Notes under the pieces: model-generated
The model's input: only the letters and a program-made list of their open reading frames with translations
Databases searched by the model: none
Told to the model about the DNA's origin: nothing
Shown here: positions 21,223 to 34,499 of the stretch, piece by piece
Position numbering within the stretch: the first letter of the stretch is position 1
Layout: each line of letters begins with the position of its first letter
Source: Camelus dromedarius
Taxonomy: Eukaryota
NCBI RefSeq assembly: GCF_036321535.1
Contig: NC_087437.1
Coordinates: forward strand, 112,284,001-112,348,000
DNA: 64,000 nt
Direction of reading: 5' to 3'
Made by a program: the position numbers and the translations under genes

Positions 21223-24200
21223 GATACCCAAGTGCTAATCCCTGCAACCTGTGAAGGTGACTTTATTTGAGAAAAAATAACATAAAATAAAATTATATAC
21301 ACACACACACACTTTTTTTTTTTTGCAGATGGGATTAAGTTCAAGGTCTTGAGATAAAAACATTATCTTGGATTATCAGAGTGGGCCTTAAATGCCCTTA
21401 CAAGTGACCTCGTGTGAGAGGCAGACGGAGACAGTGGACAGAAGAGGAAGAGCCCATGTAACCGCAGAGACAGAGACTGGAGTGCTGTGGCCATAAGTCA
21501 GGAGATGTCTGGAACCACCAGAACTACAAGGAACAGATTCTCTGTTAGAGCCTCTGGAGGAAACAGCCTTGCCAACATCTTGATTTCAGACTTCTGCTCT
21601 CCGGAACTGCGGGACAAAACATTTCTGCTGTTTTAAACCCCCCAGCTGGTGGTAATTTGTTAAGGCAGCCACAGGAAACTAATAAAGCAGTGAACGCTTC
21701 CATTGTTTTAACCTGACCAGTTATAACTTCTTTTTTGTTTTTTAATTGAAGTATAGTCGGTTTACAATGTTGTATTAGTTTCTGGTGTAATATAACCTCT
21801 TTTTAATGTTTAAAATGGGAAGGAGGGTGAACAGGTGATTGTTTGTGAACCTGATACTACCCTCTTCCCCAGCAGGGTACTTAACTGAGACTGACTGCCT
21901 GCCATCTTGAATCCTGAACTCTCTAGTTCAGACATGCTCAAGCCAATCCACTTCCTTGGGAAGAGAAAAACACAGAAAAAAAAAAATGATCTGTCTCCTG
22001 CAACGAAGACTGTACGTGATTTTCCTTCCTGAGTCAAGTTCACATTCTGTCTCCTGGCTGCCTCACCTCTGGACCAAGCAGATGCCAAACACTGCCTTAG
22101 TTTCTACATCCATCAGAACTCTTCATTCAACAGCCACTAACTAACAGGCTGGCACTTTATGAACTGGATTACAGCCCCAGGATTGTGACTAAAAATACGC
22201 CCAAAAGGTTAAAGCTAGGAGGGGTAAAACCTTTGAGCAGGAGAAATCGTGGCAAAGACCGACTCTAGATCAGATCAAACAATTCTACAAAAACAGGAAA
22301 CACAGGGCAGCTGAGACTTCCGTTCATTTGAAGGGCGCTGAACTGCCCCAGTGGAGCTGGCGTAACAGCCAGTCCTTCCTTAGCACCCTCTGGATGCAGG
22401 CCCTGTTCTAAGCACTTTTGCATTTTTACTGAATTCCCACAAGAGCCCTTTGAAGCAGAGACTATTATTTGCCTCATTTTTCAAAGGTTGAAACTAAGGC
22501 ACAGAGAGATTAAGTAATTTACTTCAGATCACACAGGGGAGAAGTGACAGCAGGCATTTGAACCTAGGTGGCTTGGCTCCAGAGTCTGTGCTTTTACCCA
22601 CGTGACAGGCAGACTCTGAGATGGCCACCCGTGCTCCCCATCCCCTGGTATTCACACCTTTGAGTAATCGCCTGGTCTTGAGTGTGGACAGTACCAATGA
22701 CTCAATAGAAAGTGACAGCAGGGGTGGGCTGCCGCTTCTGTATTTAGTTTATGGAGGATCGTGGCTCCCTTCTTGCCAGCACTCTCTCTAGGGCCTTCCC
22801 AGCATGTACACTTTGTGGAAGTGAGCTGCCAGGCTGGAAAGGCCCACATGGCAGGACCCGAGGGTGCCTCCAGTCACTAGCCAGCAAGGAACTGAGGTCC
22901 TCAGTCCAGCAGGTAAAGGACTGAGACCAGGCAAGCCTGAGTCCACAGCCTGAGGTCTTAGTCATCAGCCTTCCCTGCTTCTCCTGAATACACCCTGTTG
23001 TGATGCCTTGCAGATAAGAGGCATGCAGTTATTATATCGCATACTGCGGGGAGGCGGGGAGGGAGATTCCTGGCTATTTCTACACATAAACACAGAAACT
23101 CTTCCTTGTCCTCAGTTTAAGCCTCTCTTAACTGACCTGTCCCAGTCCAACGTAAAATTTACTTCAGACGTCTGCCATGAAGCTTACAACCTGTAGGGGA
23201 CTTTCAATTTTCTTCCTCTGTTGTGTCTTAAACAATAGTCAGTTGTTTTATTGCCAAGTGGCCTCGCATGTGTCTTTATGTTTTTACTCCATTTGAAAGA
23301 AACAAACCCAGAAATAGAAAGTGATTTATTGTGTTACGTGCTTTGTGCAAGAAAGACAATGTAAAACTCCACTCAGCAGTTCCATACGCAGCAGAAAAGT
23401 CCCAGCAGTGCCATACAAAACTCAGCTAATTGGACACATCTGTTTATCTCCGTTCTTCCCGTGGGAGGGCAAACAGACCTCAACTCAAATCCCAGCGGCG
23501 TTATTTTCCAACTGACTACGTTGAGGAAATGACTTAAGGTGCCAAGAGTCTGCTTCCAAGTACAGAAAACTCCAACCTAAATCACAGGAACAGAATAAAA
23601 GAGCACAAACCCACATGTATAATAATGGGAGAAGAGAAAAAGAAGACAAGAGATGTTGACAAATATTTGGAATCTGGAAAGTCAATAAAGGAACAGCACT
23701 TAGCAGAGTAGAGAAACCTAGAAATTAAGTAAAGAATACTGGCCCATGAGATGGCAGATAAACAACGAGGAGCCTCAAGAAAGGCTCCAGAAATGGATGT
23801 GCCAAGCACCCCAGGGGGCAGGACCACAGGATGAAGTTGAAATGGGGGAGTTGGTAGTGTGTGTAAGCAGTTTTTACTCCCTCCAGGTCCCCCCCAACCC
23901 CAGCTTGCACATAATCAGCTTCCCTTCCTCAAATCCCACTGGTTTATTCTCTTCAAAAAAGCTGAGAGGTTGGGAGCATTAGGCTCTGGGCGAGTTGAGG
24001 GGAGGCACTGCCCTGAGGGGACTGAGCTTCACTCTACAATCCAGGAGACTCCAGCCCTCTTTCCTTCTCTTCTAGGCGGCTGCCAAGCAGGCAAAAGCCA
24101 CCCCTGCAAGGTGCCCCAGGCAAGGGATCTCGCCTCTTAGGAAACCGGATATGCCCTGAGAAAGAAAGCCTGCTGAGACCCAAACCAGAAGTGGGGGTTC

Positions 24201-25401
24201 CCCTCCAGCCCTGCTGCTCCTCCATCAGCGAGCTGCACCTGCACACACAGAACAGCCGCTCACCACTTACTACTCGTCTTAAAAGCGGACAGTGAGGGCA
24301 CCAGACATAGGAGGAAAGACAGACCAACACTAATGGCGCAAAAGAAGTCGGAAGAAATGAAAAAGATGCACAAAGCTGAAAATTATGGTTTTAAATTTTT
24401 TTAACTTTAATCTATTTTTAATTGAAGTTTAGTTGATTTACAATGTTGTGTTAGTTTCTGGTGTACAGCAGACTCAGTTATACAGATCCACATATATATT
24501 CTTTTTCATATTCTTTTTCATTATAGGCTAGAAAATTATGGGGTTTTTTTAACTATAATGCTCTCAGAGAGATACAAGAAGAAACTGCATCCGTGAAACA
24601 AAAAAGCGCAGTAGAAAGAGCAATCAGAGACCAAGAAAGAGCTCTTAAATTGAACAATATTTTAGATGAAATACAATCAAGCACATTAAAACATCTGGAA
24701 TAGACGTTATGAATAGTCACACTGAAAGAAAAATTAAAATTATAAACGGATTCACATCCAGTTTGGTCATATTTTGCAGCATAAGGGCAGGCAGGGCTTT
24801 GCACCCAAAGGAGTTCTAGTCTGGTTTTGCTACCAAAGGAGTGACAGAAAAGTGCTTTTGGTTTTCAGAGCTCTTTGGATTTGGAGGATTACAAGGGAGT
24901 GCTCATGACAGGTATTTATTGCAGAGTTTTTGTAACAACTGTGTCAAGATCACAGCAGAGTCGCAGCTTTGATAGTCTTGGCTTAGCCTAGACTTGAGGC
25001 ACAAAATCGCTGTGCTTGTGATTGCAGTCAAGGTCAGGTTCCAGTTAATTCTCCACACTTCTCAGGGCAGCCGAAAGAGATGTGCTTACCTGCTTCTCCC
25101 CCACCCCACAGTGATCTGTTGATTGCTTGAATTTTCCAAGAAAATGGGAGTTGTGTAGAAGAGCGTCTGTTGAAAATGAGAAGTGGTGGGGCAGAGATTT
25201 GCAGTGCGTGCAGAAATTTTCCAGTTTCTGCCCAGTTGAGGTTAGACAAGGAAGTGTTGCCCTCTGGGGCCACGTGATCCTTCAGATCTAGCAGAACGAG
25301 ATCTTCCCCACCACCACTGAGTCTTTCTGAAACAGAAAATACAATAACCACAATGGTCGGGGGAAAATGACCTTTATTGAACACCTTGTGCCAGATACTG
25401 G

Positions 25402-25929
25402 TGTTGGGGCTCAGGGAGGGTCACCCCCAAAATATACCAATGGCATATTGATTATTTTGGATTGAAGTTGCTTGAGAGGCAGCTGATACAGGAAGGAAAC
25501 TGATCTTCCTCTGTCTCTCTGAAAGCAGGAAATAAATCTCCCATGCGAAAGATGCACTCCCTGCATCTGGAAAAAGGACACCTTTATTGCCAGAGACAGG
25601 AAATACAGGACCAAGGAGTAAACAAAGTTTGTTACTTCTTTAATTTACCCAAGCCCAAACTCTGTATAGATTTTTCACTAATTAAGCACCCAAAACCTAA
25701 AATTCTTTGTCCTGTCAATTCCTCACAAATGTACTATTTCTTTATCTAAAAAAAGTATAAAAATTGCCAGTTTTGGCCACTTCTTAGGTCCTATTTCTAT
25801 GAGAACTCCATGGGTATGGATTAAAATTTGTTTCTTTCCTCCTGTTAATCTGTCTTGTGTCAATTTTATTATTAGTCCAGCCACAAGAACTCAAGAGATG
25901 GAGAGGAGGAAATTTTCCCCTTCCTGACA
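25402..25929 (+). mobile_element. 5' LTR of a decayed class I ERV
   Basis: TG...CA ends. Followed at 25932 by TGGCAATCCAGCAGGAC, a degenerate match to a tRNA-Arg-type primer binding site (TGGCGAGCCAGCCAGGAG). Confidence 0.7.
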
Positions 25930-28067
25930 GTTGGCAATCCAGCAGGACTGGCTAAACCCTTCTTCTCAACCCAAGGTGCCACAGCTGAGAGCCTCTGGGA
26001 CATCTGACGAAGGCCAGCAGAAGGTCAGATTTCTTACCACATCAGCCTCCCAGATCTCTGCCTACAGGGTGGAAGGGAAAGTGGTAAGAGCCCCTTTTCT
26101 CTCTCTGTCTAAATTTAGATTAGCAGGAGAAAATATTTTTGGGAGCCAGTTCCTTGTGACATAGTGACTGGCATTTGGTAAATACATACTCTTGGTTTTT
26201 ACTGATTCTTTTCTCTCAGAGATGGTCACTGGTTTTCCTTACTCTGTTGTGTCATCTGTCAGAAGGAGGAAGAACCACAGGGTGGAACACGGGCGTAAAC
26301 CCGATAAGCCTGCTGTTTGAGCTGGCCTCACAAACTGGTGAGTTAACGGTTCTCAATAGACCAGCGTTTACTTAGACAAACTTGCTGTGGATCCTCTATG
26401 CAAAAACCAGATGAGGTTTTTCCTTCCATGTTGTTCTATGTCCTTGCTTTGCATCCAATAAAAATATTCTCTCTTGTCTCTACCATCCAGCAGGTGCATT
26501 TACCAGAGTGCATCTTGTGGCCAGTTAAATAGACTGGGGTTCTGAGATAGATGGTCACAAACAGTACACTCTTGGCCTGGCTGTCCCAGCTCTCAGGGGA
26601 GTTTGTCATAACAGGTCCCAGTCCATATGAAGTCTTTATTTTCTCAACCTTTGTTGCTTGTTAGTGCTGGGAAAGTCCCATTTCTGTAGCAGCTGCCTGG
26701 TGTCACAGGCTAGTGGTCTGTAACTGGAGCCATCACACATGGGAAACTGGAGATGCCATTTTCACTACACCATCCTTACCTGTGCAACAAAGGCCTTTGC
26801 TTTCTTAGACTATTCTTGGGAGGGGATTGTTGGATCATGGGGACTACATCATCTGTGCCCTCTTCAGGGACACGTCTTGTGTCCATAGTAAGAATCTGTT
26901 CTAAACCTGGAAAGTTACCTCCAGGTCTTTGCATAAAAAGTCTTATTGGATTGAGTCACTATTGGAATAAATATACTAATGAAATCCTACTTGTCAATGA
27001 CCAAACAATGGGTCTTTTGAATTGGAAAAACCTCTATATTTGAAAAAAATGTTTGGATTGCTCTCATCTCGAGTAGCTGCCTTACTGGCATTTATGGGAG
27101 GTTCAAATTGAAAAGAGAACTCAGAAAAGCATAACGGCTAAACTTAGAGATTTTCCTTAATAAACAGAAAGAATAGAAATCAGATTTAGAGCAAAAATTT
27201 TAAACCAAATCTGACGTAAATCCCACCACTTCTCCCACCTATTCTCTTCTTTGTCCCCAACTCCCTGTCCCTGACCTTCTAGAAGATTTTTCCATCTCTG
27301 GGCCCCTGGTCTAACCCCACTCCCTCAAAACCCAGTTAACCCAACTCCATCCCCTTAGCCAATCCTCTTAAATCCTAAAGGTCCTCCAACTCCCCCTGAA
27401 AGCCCCTGAAACTCCCAGTTGCCTATTTTAACTTCAGTATCTTTACAAGACTTACAGAGGGCACTCCAGCCCAGCTTCCAAGTGAGGGGGATACAGGTTA
27501 CTTGCGTAAAGTGCTTAAAGTCACGGGGTGAATTTAGCAGAAACATGTGGGACTTCATAGTCCCTTAGAGTGACGCCTACTCTCTGGGACTCTGTAATCA
27601 GACTCTGCTAGCTTCAGGCATTCCTATGCAATGTCCTTTGTGGTGTATCCTAACTCCCACTGCAAATAATTCTTGTCCTTTGGACAGCAGAAGGTCTTTT
27701 AAATTATAAAGCTCTTTCCATCCACTCTCAGAAGACCCCGCCAGGTTTAGAAAGGAGTTGGAAAGACTGGTGGCTATTCACACCCCGACTCACAGGGACC
27801 TGGATTGACTGTAAGGGGCACAGTTGACAGCCATGATTATACTGCAGTTTTGAGACAGGCCAGCAGATCCCTCGGGAAAACTCCCCTCCCAGGAGAGACA
27901 TGTGACCAGATCCTCTCTGGAGAATGATCTGGAAGTAGCTCAGCTGGAGGCTGATATCCAAGGCCTGATGGGAACAAGAGCAGAGGGCTTCCCCCCAAAA
28001 TGAATTAGTCTGAAGTTGAATTATGCACTCAGAAGAAGGGAGAACATCCAAAAGCCTTTGTTGAACA

Positions 28068-28548
28068 TGTGAACGAAAAATACTGCAAACCCTATCAGGA
28101 AGCAAAGAACGCTGAAGCCATCAAGTCATCAGCGGCTGCCACCCCCCCACCCCCCCCAGTGAAGACAAGCCTGCAGCCCGGCCTCTGCAGCCACTCACAG
28201 TGGTGCACCCTGAGGGGACTCAGAATAATAAAGGACAAGACACTGGCCCTAGAGAGTTAGGTGCTTGTCAAAGGAGTGAATTCAGTGAGCCCAAATGTTT
28301 GCTTCCTCCCATACCTAGAAAAGCACTAAATTCTTTAACTTGAGATGCCTGGTTTTCTTTAGATAACAAGTAATCTTTTATTGTTCCAACTACCTGGTCT
28401 TTGTTGTAAAGCTTCTATATATCCTAGCTCCTCCCCTACCTGTTCGGAGCAGTCCCTCAGAGCCATCTGAGAGGCTGTCATCCCGGCTTGAGTCCTCCCG
28501 CCAAATAAAATGCAACTCTCAACTTTCAGGCTGTTGCTTCAGTCGACA
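28068..28548 (+). mobile_element. ERV1-type solo LTR nested in the gag region
   Basis: TG...CA ends and an AATAAA near 28504. Same family as 20753-21194. No matching TSD seen. Confidence 0.8.
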
Positions 28549-28706
28549 CTCCCTGGGCCCCAGCACCCACAGGTTTATTTTTCCCCTCCCGAGGGAAAAT
28601 TCCCCCTCAGATCACAGGGTCAATGAATCCTCTGTCCAACCCTAGAGCCTACCATTAAACTTAAAATAGAAGGTCGGGAACTGGATTTCTTAACTGACAC
28701 TGGTGT

Positions 28707-29139
28707 TGTGAAGGAAAAGCCGGGCTGGGCTAACAAGCTAACTCACAAATCTAAGTGTAACAAGTGTCGGATTACTGATCTAAGTTCTGCTGGGCTAAGT
28801 CGTAAATCTGAGTTAATTAGTGTTGGTTTGCTGATTTCCTGTTCATGGTTTTTTTTTGCTAGCCAGCTGGATTTTCAAAGAGACATATCTGGCCTTGAAA
28901 TGTTGGTTTGCTGCCTCCCTGCCTCTACTTTTATGATAATGATGCTGCTAAAGCTGTTCCCTGCCTAATGGCCGTATACCCCAAGCTTGTAATTAACCCT
29001 GTAAAACCTCATGCACACGTCTTGGAGGTGCTCAGAGCTTCAGAGCAGAAGCCCCTCTGAGCCCGCCAGCATAATACATCTGAGTACTCCAAGTCTCCCA
29101 GGGGTGCTTGTTTCTTGGCTGGCCTGTCGTTTCCGTAAA
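28707..29139 (+). mobile_element. Solo LTR (second family) inserted at the protease DTG motif
   Basis: 4 bp TSD GTGT (28703-28706 and 29140-29143). Removing the insert restores GAC ACT GGT GTA ACA TTC TCC (DTGVTFS). Confidence 0.88.
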
Positions 29140-30081
29140 GTGTAACATTCTCCATCACCCGCTCAGAGGATGTGTCACTACCTTGCCACCTCTGAGTCTA
29201 CTCAGGCAGCTAACCTCACTGTCCATCCCTCAGCCCACCCCAGTATCTTTAGGGCCTCTTAACATCCATCATGTTTCTATTTTCAAACTCCTCCCTAGCT
29301 AACCTTTGGAGTAGAGATTTGCTATAGAAATTTAATGCTGCTATACAATGTAATAAGAAGGGTGTTTTTATTTCCCTGGCCTCAGATCAAGCCCCAAATT
29401 TCCTCCTTTTCTTATTAGAAGAAACTCATCCTGATTTAAAGTCTTCTGGAAAAGATGAGTCTTTAAAAAACAATCTCAATTAGTCTCTGGGCCACAGCCG
29501 GGAATGCAGTGGGATTAAGGCTGTGTGCAAGGCCTGGGAGAAAAAGAAGCCAGTCTGATCAGTCATACCCTCCCTCCCGGAAAACAGGGCGCGGAATTAA
29601 CCCTATAATGGACTCTCTCTTGCAGCTGGGTGTACTCGGCTTTATTTCCTCACCCTGTGTACTCCAATCTTGCCAGTAAAGAAAGGAAATTTTGACTTAG
29701 AACCAAATCTATTGATTTGTACAAGATCTAAGGGTTAGAAACTCTTCTGTAATTCCTCAGGACCCTGGAGTCCCTAATTTGGCTATCATTCTTACCTCAG
29801 TTCCTGCTGATTCAGCCTGGTTTACGGTGATTGTCCTCTGCGAGGCTTTCTTTTCAATCCCATCTGTACCCTGACTTACAACTTCTTTTTGCACTTATAT
29901 TTAAAAGGAGATAATTAGCACAGGCTCATACCTCAGGGATATCGTGAGTCTCCCTCAATAGTCTCCCAGGTCCTTAAAGCTGACGGATTTGTTCAGTATG
30001 CTGACAACCCTTTACTTTATAATCAAACTAAGCTAAGACAATGTCCAGGCTCCCTCATTCTCCTAAAGGCACCAGCTGAAC

Positions 30082-30506
30082 TGTTATGGAATCGACAGGC
30101 CAGCCAAGAAACAAGCACCCCTCGGAGGGTTGGAGTACTCAGATGTATTACGCCAGCGGGCTCAGAGGGGCTTCTGCTCTGAAGCTCTGAGCACCTCCAA
30201 GACGTGTGCATGAGGTTTTATAGGGTTAATTACAAGCTTGGGGTATTCGGCCAATAGGCAGGGAACAGCTTTAGCAGCATCATTATCACAAAAGCAGAGG
30301 CAGGGAGGCAGCAAGCTGATATTCCAAAGCCAGATAGGTCTCTCTGAAAATCCAGCTGACTAGCAAAAAAAACATGAGCAGGGAATCAGCAAACTGACAC
30401 TTATTAACTTAGATTTACGAGTTAGCCCAGCAGAACTCAGATCAGTAATCCGACACTTGTTACACTTAGACTTACGAGTTAGGCCCACCCCGGCTTTTCC
30501 TGCACA
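30082..30506 (-). mobile_element. Solo LTR, same family as 28707-29139, opposite orientation, inserted in RT
   Basis: 4 bp TSD GAAC (30078-30081 and 30507-30510). Removing the insert restores LKAPAEQGPKAPRSKLQW. Confidence 0.9.
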
Positions 30507-31028
30507 GAACAAGGCCCTAAAGCCCCCAGATCTAAACTTCAATGGGTGCAAACAACTGTTAGCTATGTAGGACATGAGATTACTTAGGACATTCACCCAC
30601 AAAACGCCTCAAGGCAATTATATCTATACCCGTCCCTAGAATGATAAAACACTTATGTACATTTTTAGGGGCAGCTGGCCAGGGCCACCAATAAATTGCT
30701 AATTTTGCAGTCCTTGCTAAACCTCTGTATCCACTCCTCTGAAGCCATGAAGACATTAGCTTCCTCTGAAGCCTTAAAACTGGCCTTGTCCACACCTCCA
30801 GCCCTGGTTTTGACAAAGCTTTTCATCCATACTGCGAAGAAGATAACGGGATTCCTGCAGGCATCACAGGACAGACTTTTGCCTCTCACGTGCATCCGAT
30901 AGCATATTTTCTCGTGCCAATTAGACCCTGTGGCATTATGTACAATGGCCCCATGCTTACTTGTGGTGGCCACAGCTGCCACCTTGACTGACAAAGCCAG
31001 TACTCCTGTAAAAGGCTCCCGCATTCAT

Positions 31029-31155
31029 TTTTTTTTCCCATGGTGGAAGGTAATTCGGTCTGTTTATTTATTTTTAGAGGCAATACCAGGGATTGAACCT
31101 AGGACCTCATGCGTGCCAAGCAGTGCTCTACCACTTGAGCTATACCTTCTCCCCT
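31029..31155 (-). mobile_element. tRNA-derived SINE inserted in ERV pol
   Basis: Same SINE core, flanked by direct repeat GCATTCAT. Confidence 0.8.
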
Positions 31156-34109
31156 GCATTCATCTTGATGTTCCCCATGCTGTGTCTGCTGTCTTACCAG
31201 GTCACGGGATACAGCATCTCCCTACATGGGCAACAAACCACCTACCTCTGAGCGGGCTTTTAACACTAACCCTTCCATCATCTTCCATCACGGTCATACG
31301 CTAAAACCAGCTACTTTACACCTGCTCCTGACGGTGGAGAGCCCCACTCCATCCACATGATTGCCTTGAAACTATAGAAATGGTCTCAAAGCCACAAGAA
31401 GATCTCTTGGACATCCCTGACTTACTTTTATTTTGTGATGGCTCTCAAAATTTCCAATAATAACTGGTTATGCCATAGTTTCCCCACCTGAAATGCTTGA
31501 AGCATAATCTTTGCCCACCGTACAACCAGCCCAAGCTGTTGAACTCATAACTCTTACGAGAGTGTGCACATTAGCAGAAGGGAAAGCTGCCACGATTTAC
31601 ACAGATTCCAAATATTCTTTTGGAGTCTGCCATGCTGTTGGCTCAATCTGAAAACCTCATGGATTCTTAACCTCTGCAGGTACTCCTGTTGTGAATGGGC
31701 ATGTAATTGTTGCCCTATTACAAGTTCTCCACCTCCCTTCTAAAATTGCTATTGTTCACTGCTCAGCCCATACTAAGAAATAGATGCTCTATCTTTAGGG
31801 AATGATAGGGTTGACAGAGCAAAACAAGACCTCTTACCCTTTCTCCACCTAATTTTTAAACGTGCCTTCATCCCTGACTGATACTAGTAACTATCAGGCC
31901 AAAGCCCCACAATCCGAAAAAGACAAATGGATACAAAATGGCGCCAGTTATCAGATGGGCCAAATGGACTTCCTGGAGATCCTTTTCTTTCCACTTTCTG
32001 GCTTGCACTTACCTCCCGTCAAACAGGATATATGTGTTGATGCGGGAATAGTTAAGGAACTAAACAAACTGGTTTCATCCTACCATTCACAAAATTTCTG
32101 GCCAAATTACTTCCCAGTGCACTACTTGTAAATCTCACCAAACTTCCGGAAGAAATCAGTATACACCCCAGGAAGTCCTCCCAGACTTTCACTGCCCTTC
32201 ATGGCAGAGCAAGTGGCCTGTATAGATTTGCCTCCAGCTTTAGGCTACTCTCCCTCTTTGTTATTGTCTGTACCTTTAGAGGATGGACTGAATGCTATCT
32301 GACCAGGTGTGCCAATACCACAGCAGTGACAAAGAAATTAATAACCAAGATTATTCCTTGTTTTGGCATTCCTTTATGAACTGAATACCAAGGAATTCAT
32401 TTTACAGCAGGGATAAACCACACGTTTGCAAAAACTATGAGGTACTCCTCAAAATTTCATCCTTAATCATCAAGGCAAGTGGAACATAAAAAATCCAGAC
32501 ATAAAAAGAACTTTAGGAAAGATCTGTCAAGAACTGGACTTAAATGGCCAGAAGCTTTGCCCCTTGACCCCTATAAAGATCCAGAATATGCCAAATAGGA
32601 GACATGGATTGACCCCTTTTGAAATAGTTCTTGGACACCCAGTGCCTTTGGGTATCCCTGAATTTTCCATTTCTGGATTAAGTGGATATTATGGGAACTT
32701 CAATAAACAATGTGATGCTCTGGCTTCTATATGCACACGCTAACTAGTGTGCTTGAAGTGTATCAGCAACAGGTAAAAGGGGCTTGGCCTCCACCAGCTG
32801 CCACACCCACCATCCCTACTGAGCAGGAGGCCGGGTTTACAGAAAGGGCTTTAGAAGAAAGCAAGTGCTGTCAGCTCGCCGGGATCCATGCCAGCCACAC
32901 CAGAACAGACCCAGAACATCACTCTCAAGGCAACTGGGGACAGTTCCCACAGGCGACCTTAAACTAGAGATTTCAAGGGTCAATAAAATTCTACTTGCAT
33001 TGTTAGATAAATAAACTAAGCTTTACTAATATTTGATATGTGATCTAACACCAGCACCTTCACTTACTGCCAGTGTCAGAGGGTCACGTCACATTCAGTG
33101 CTGCGTGACACACGTGAGAACAGAGTGGGCGTTCCACAAGGTGGAAATGTGCAGTGGGGCTGCTACTTGGTCACTTTTGGAAAATGTGACTATGTCTAGC
33201 TCTTTATTTGGCCCAATGAAGTGTGTTCAGTAATTATGTTTGCTGTTTTTAACCAAATGCTCAGAAAATGGATTTGACAAGGTTCTTGTAAATAAACTGA
33301 GATTTAAAAGAGACTATTGTCTTTAATACTATTTTGTATTTCATTAATAATTTTTATACTGATTACATGTTGAAATAATAATATTTTTGGTTGCATTGAG
33401 TTAAATAACATTTATTTCACCTATTTATATTTACTTTTATAATGTGGCTACAAGAAAACCAAATTTGTCTGCTCTCTAGTCCTTAACTGAATTCTTTTTT
33501 TTTAACATTTTTTTATTGAGTTATAGTCATTTTACAATGTTGTGTCAAATTCCAGTGTAGAGCACAATTTTTTTCAGTTATACATGAACATACATATATT
33601 CATTGTCACATTTTTTTTCGCTGTGAGCTACCACAAGATCTTGTATATATTTCCCTGTTATACAGTATCATCTTGTTTATCTATTCTACATATGCCTGTC
33701 AGTATTTACAATTTAATACTGTTAACACAAGTGAATAACAACAGAACTGACTCTTGGCCTATTGCTAGTATGAACTTTTTTTTTTGGCACCACGTTATGA
33801 TGTAAAAACAATGACAATCTGATCAGAACCTTCAAGAAGTCAGAAAGTGATGAAAGAAAATCATCACAAAGGCTGTGAAATGATTTTACACTCATTGTCA
33901 TTAACTATTCATCTCCTCCTAAATTATATTGAGCCTTGGGAGACTAATGACAGTAGGAGGCCATCACACTGGGGAAACTGTGAAAGCAAACCTTCGCAAG
34001 AGTGTTTAAGTCACATGATAATTATCCACTCCAGCTCTTTCTAAAATGTTCCTACACTTGATGACAATGTTTAGAAGCTGTTTTTGATGTTCTTACTTAA
34101 TGAAAACAA

Positions 34110-34110
<1 letters not shown>

Positions 34111-34140
<30 letters not shown>
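34111..34140. repeat. (CA)n microsatellite; similar (TG)n tracts at ~35782-35816, ~40673-40695 and ~52321-52347
   Basis: Direct reading. Confidence 0.9.
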
Positions 34141-34144
<4 letters not shown>

Positions 34145-34499
34145 CATGTCATGAGGAAACACTTCTTTTTGCCTCTTTATGATGATAAAGCATATTCCGC
34201 TGTCCGAGGATGGAGAAAATACAGCTGAAGCTTTGAAGAAACAAGAGTTCAATTTCACAGGGTGGGAAGTTTGCCCTGCATCTACACAGCAACATGCCAG
34301 AGACATGGCTGTTTCTACCAAGCCCTCTTCAAAAGTGAAATACAGGAGGAACTACTTTTCTTTGTTAACCACCAAGGAAGAGACAAGATATATGTGCAAC
34401 ATCAATTTACTTCTTTAATTAAAACAGAAAGTTTTAGTGTCCCAGTTTTGGCTTTTAAGCACTATTCCCCACTGGAAGAAACCTGGTCCTGTTGGAGAA

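Larger units (their letters stand above)
25930..32980 (+). mobile_element. Decayed gamma-like (class I) endogenous retrovirus internal region: leader/gag remnant, pro and pol; no env or 3' LTR seen
   Basis: Protease LKIEGRELDFLTDTG|VTFS (~28660-28706, resumes 29144). RT motifs PILPVKK, VQDLR, WFTVI, PQG, QYADN. RNase H motifs FCDGS, AQAVEL, IYTDSKY. Integrase motifs GWTECY, FGIP, QGIHFT, LTPFEI. All are disrupted. Confidence 0.88.
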
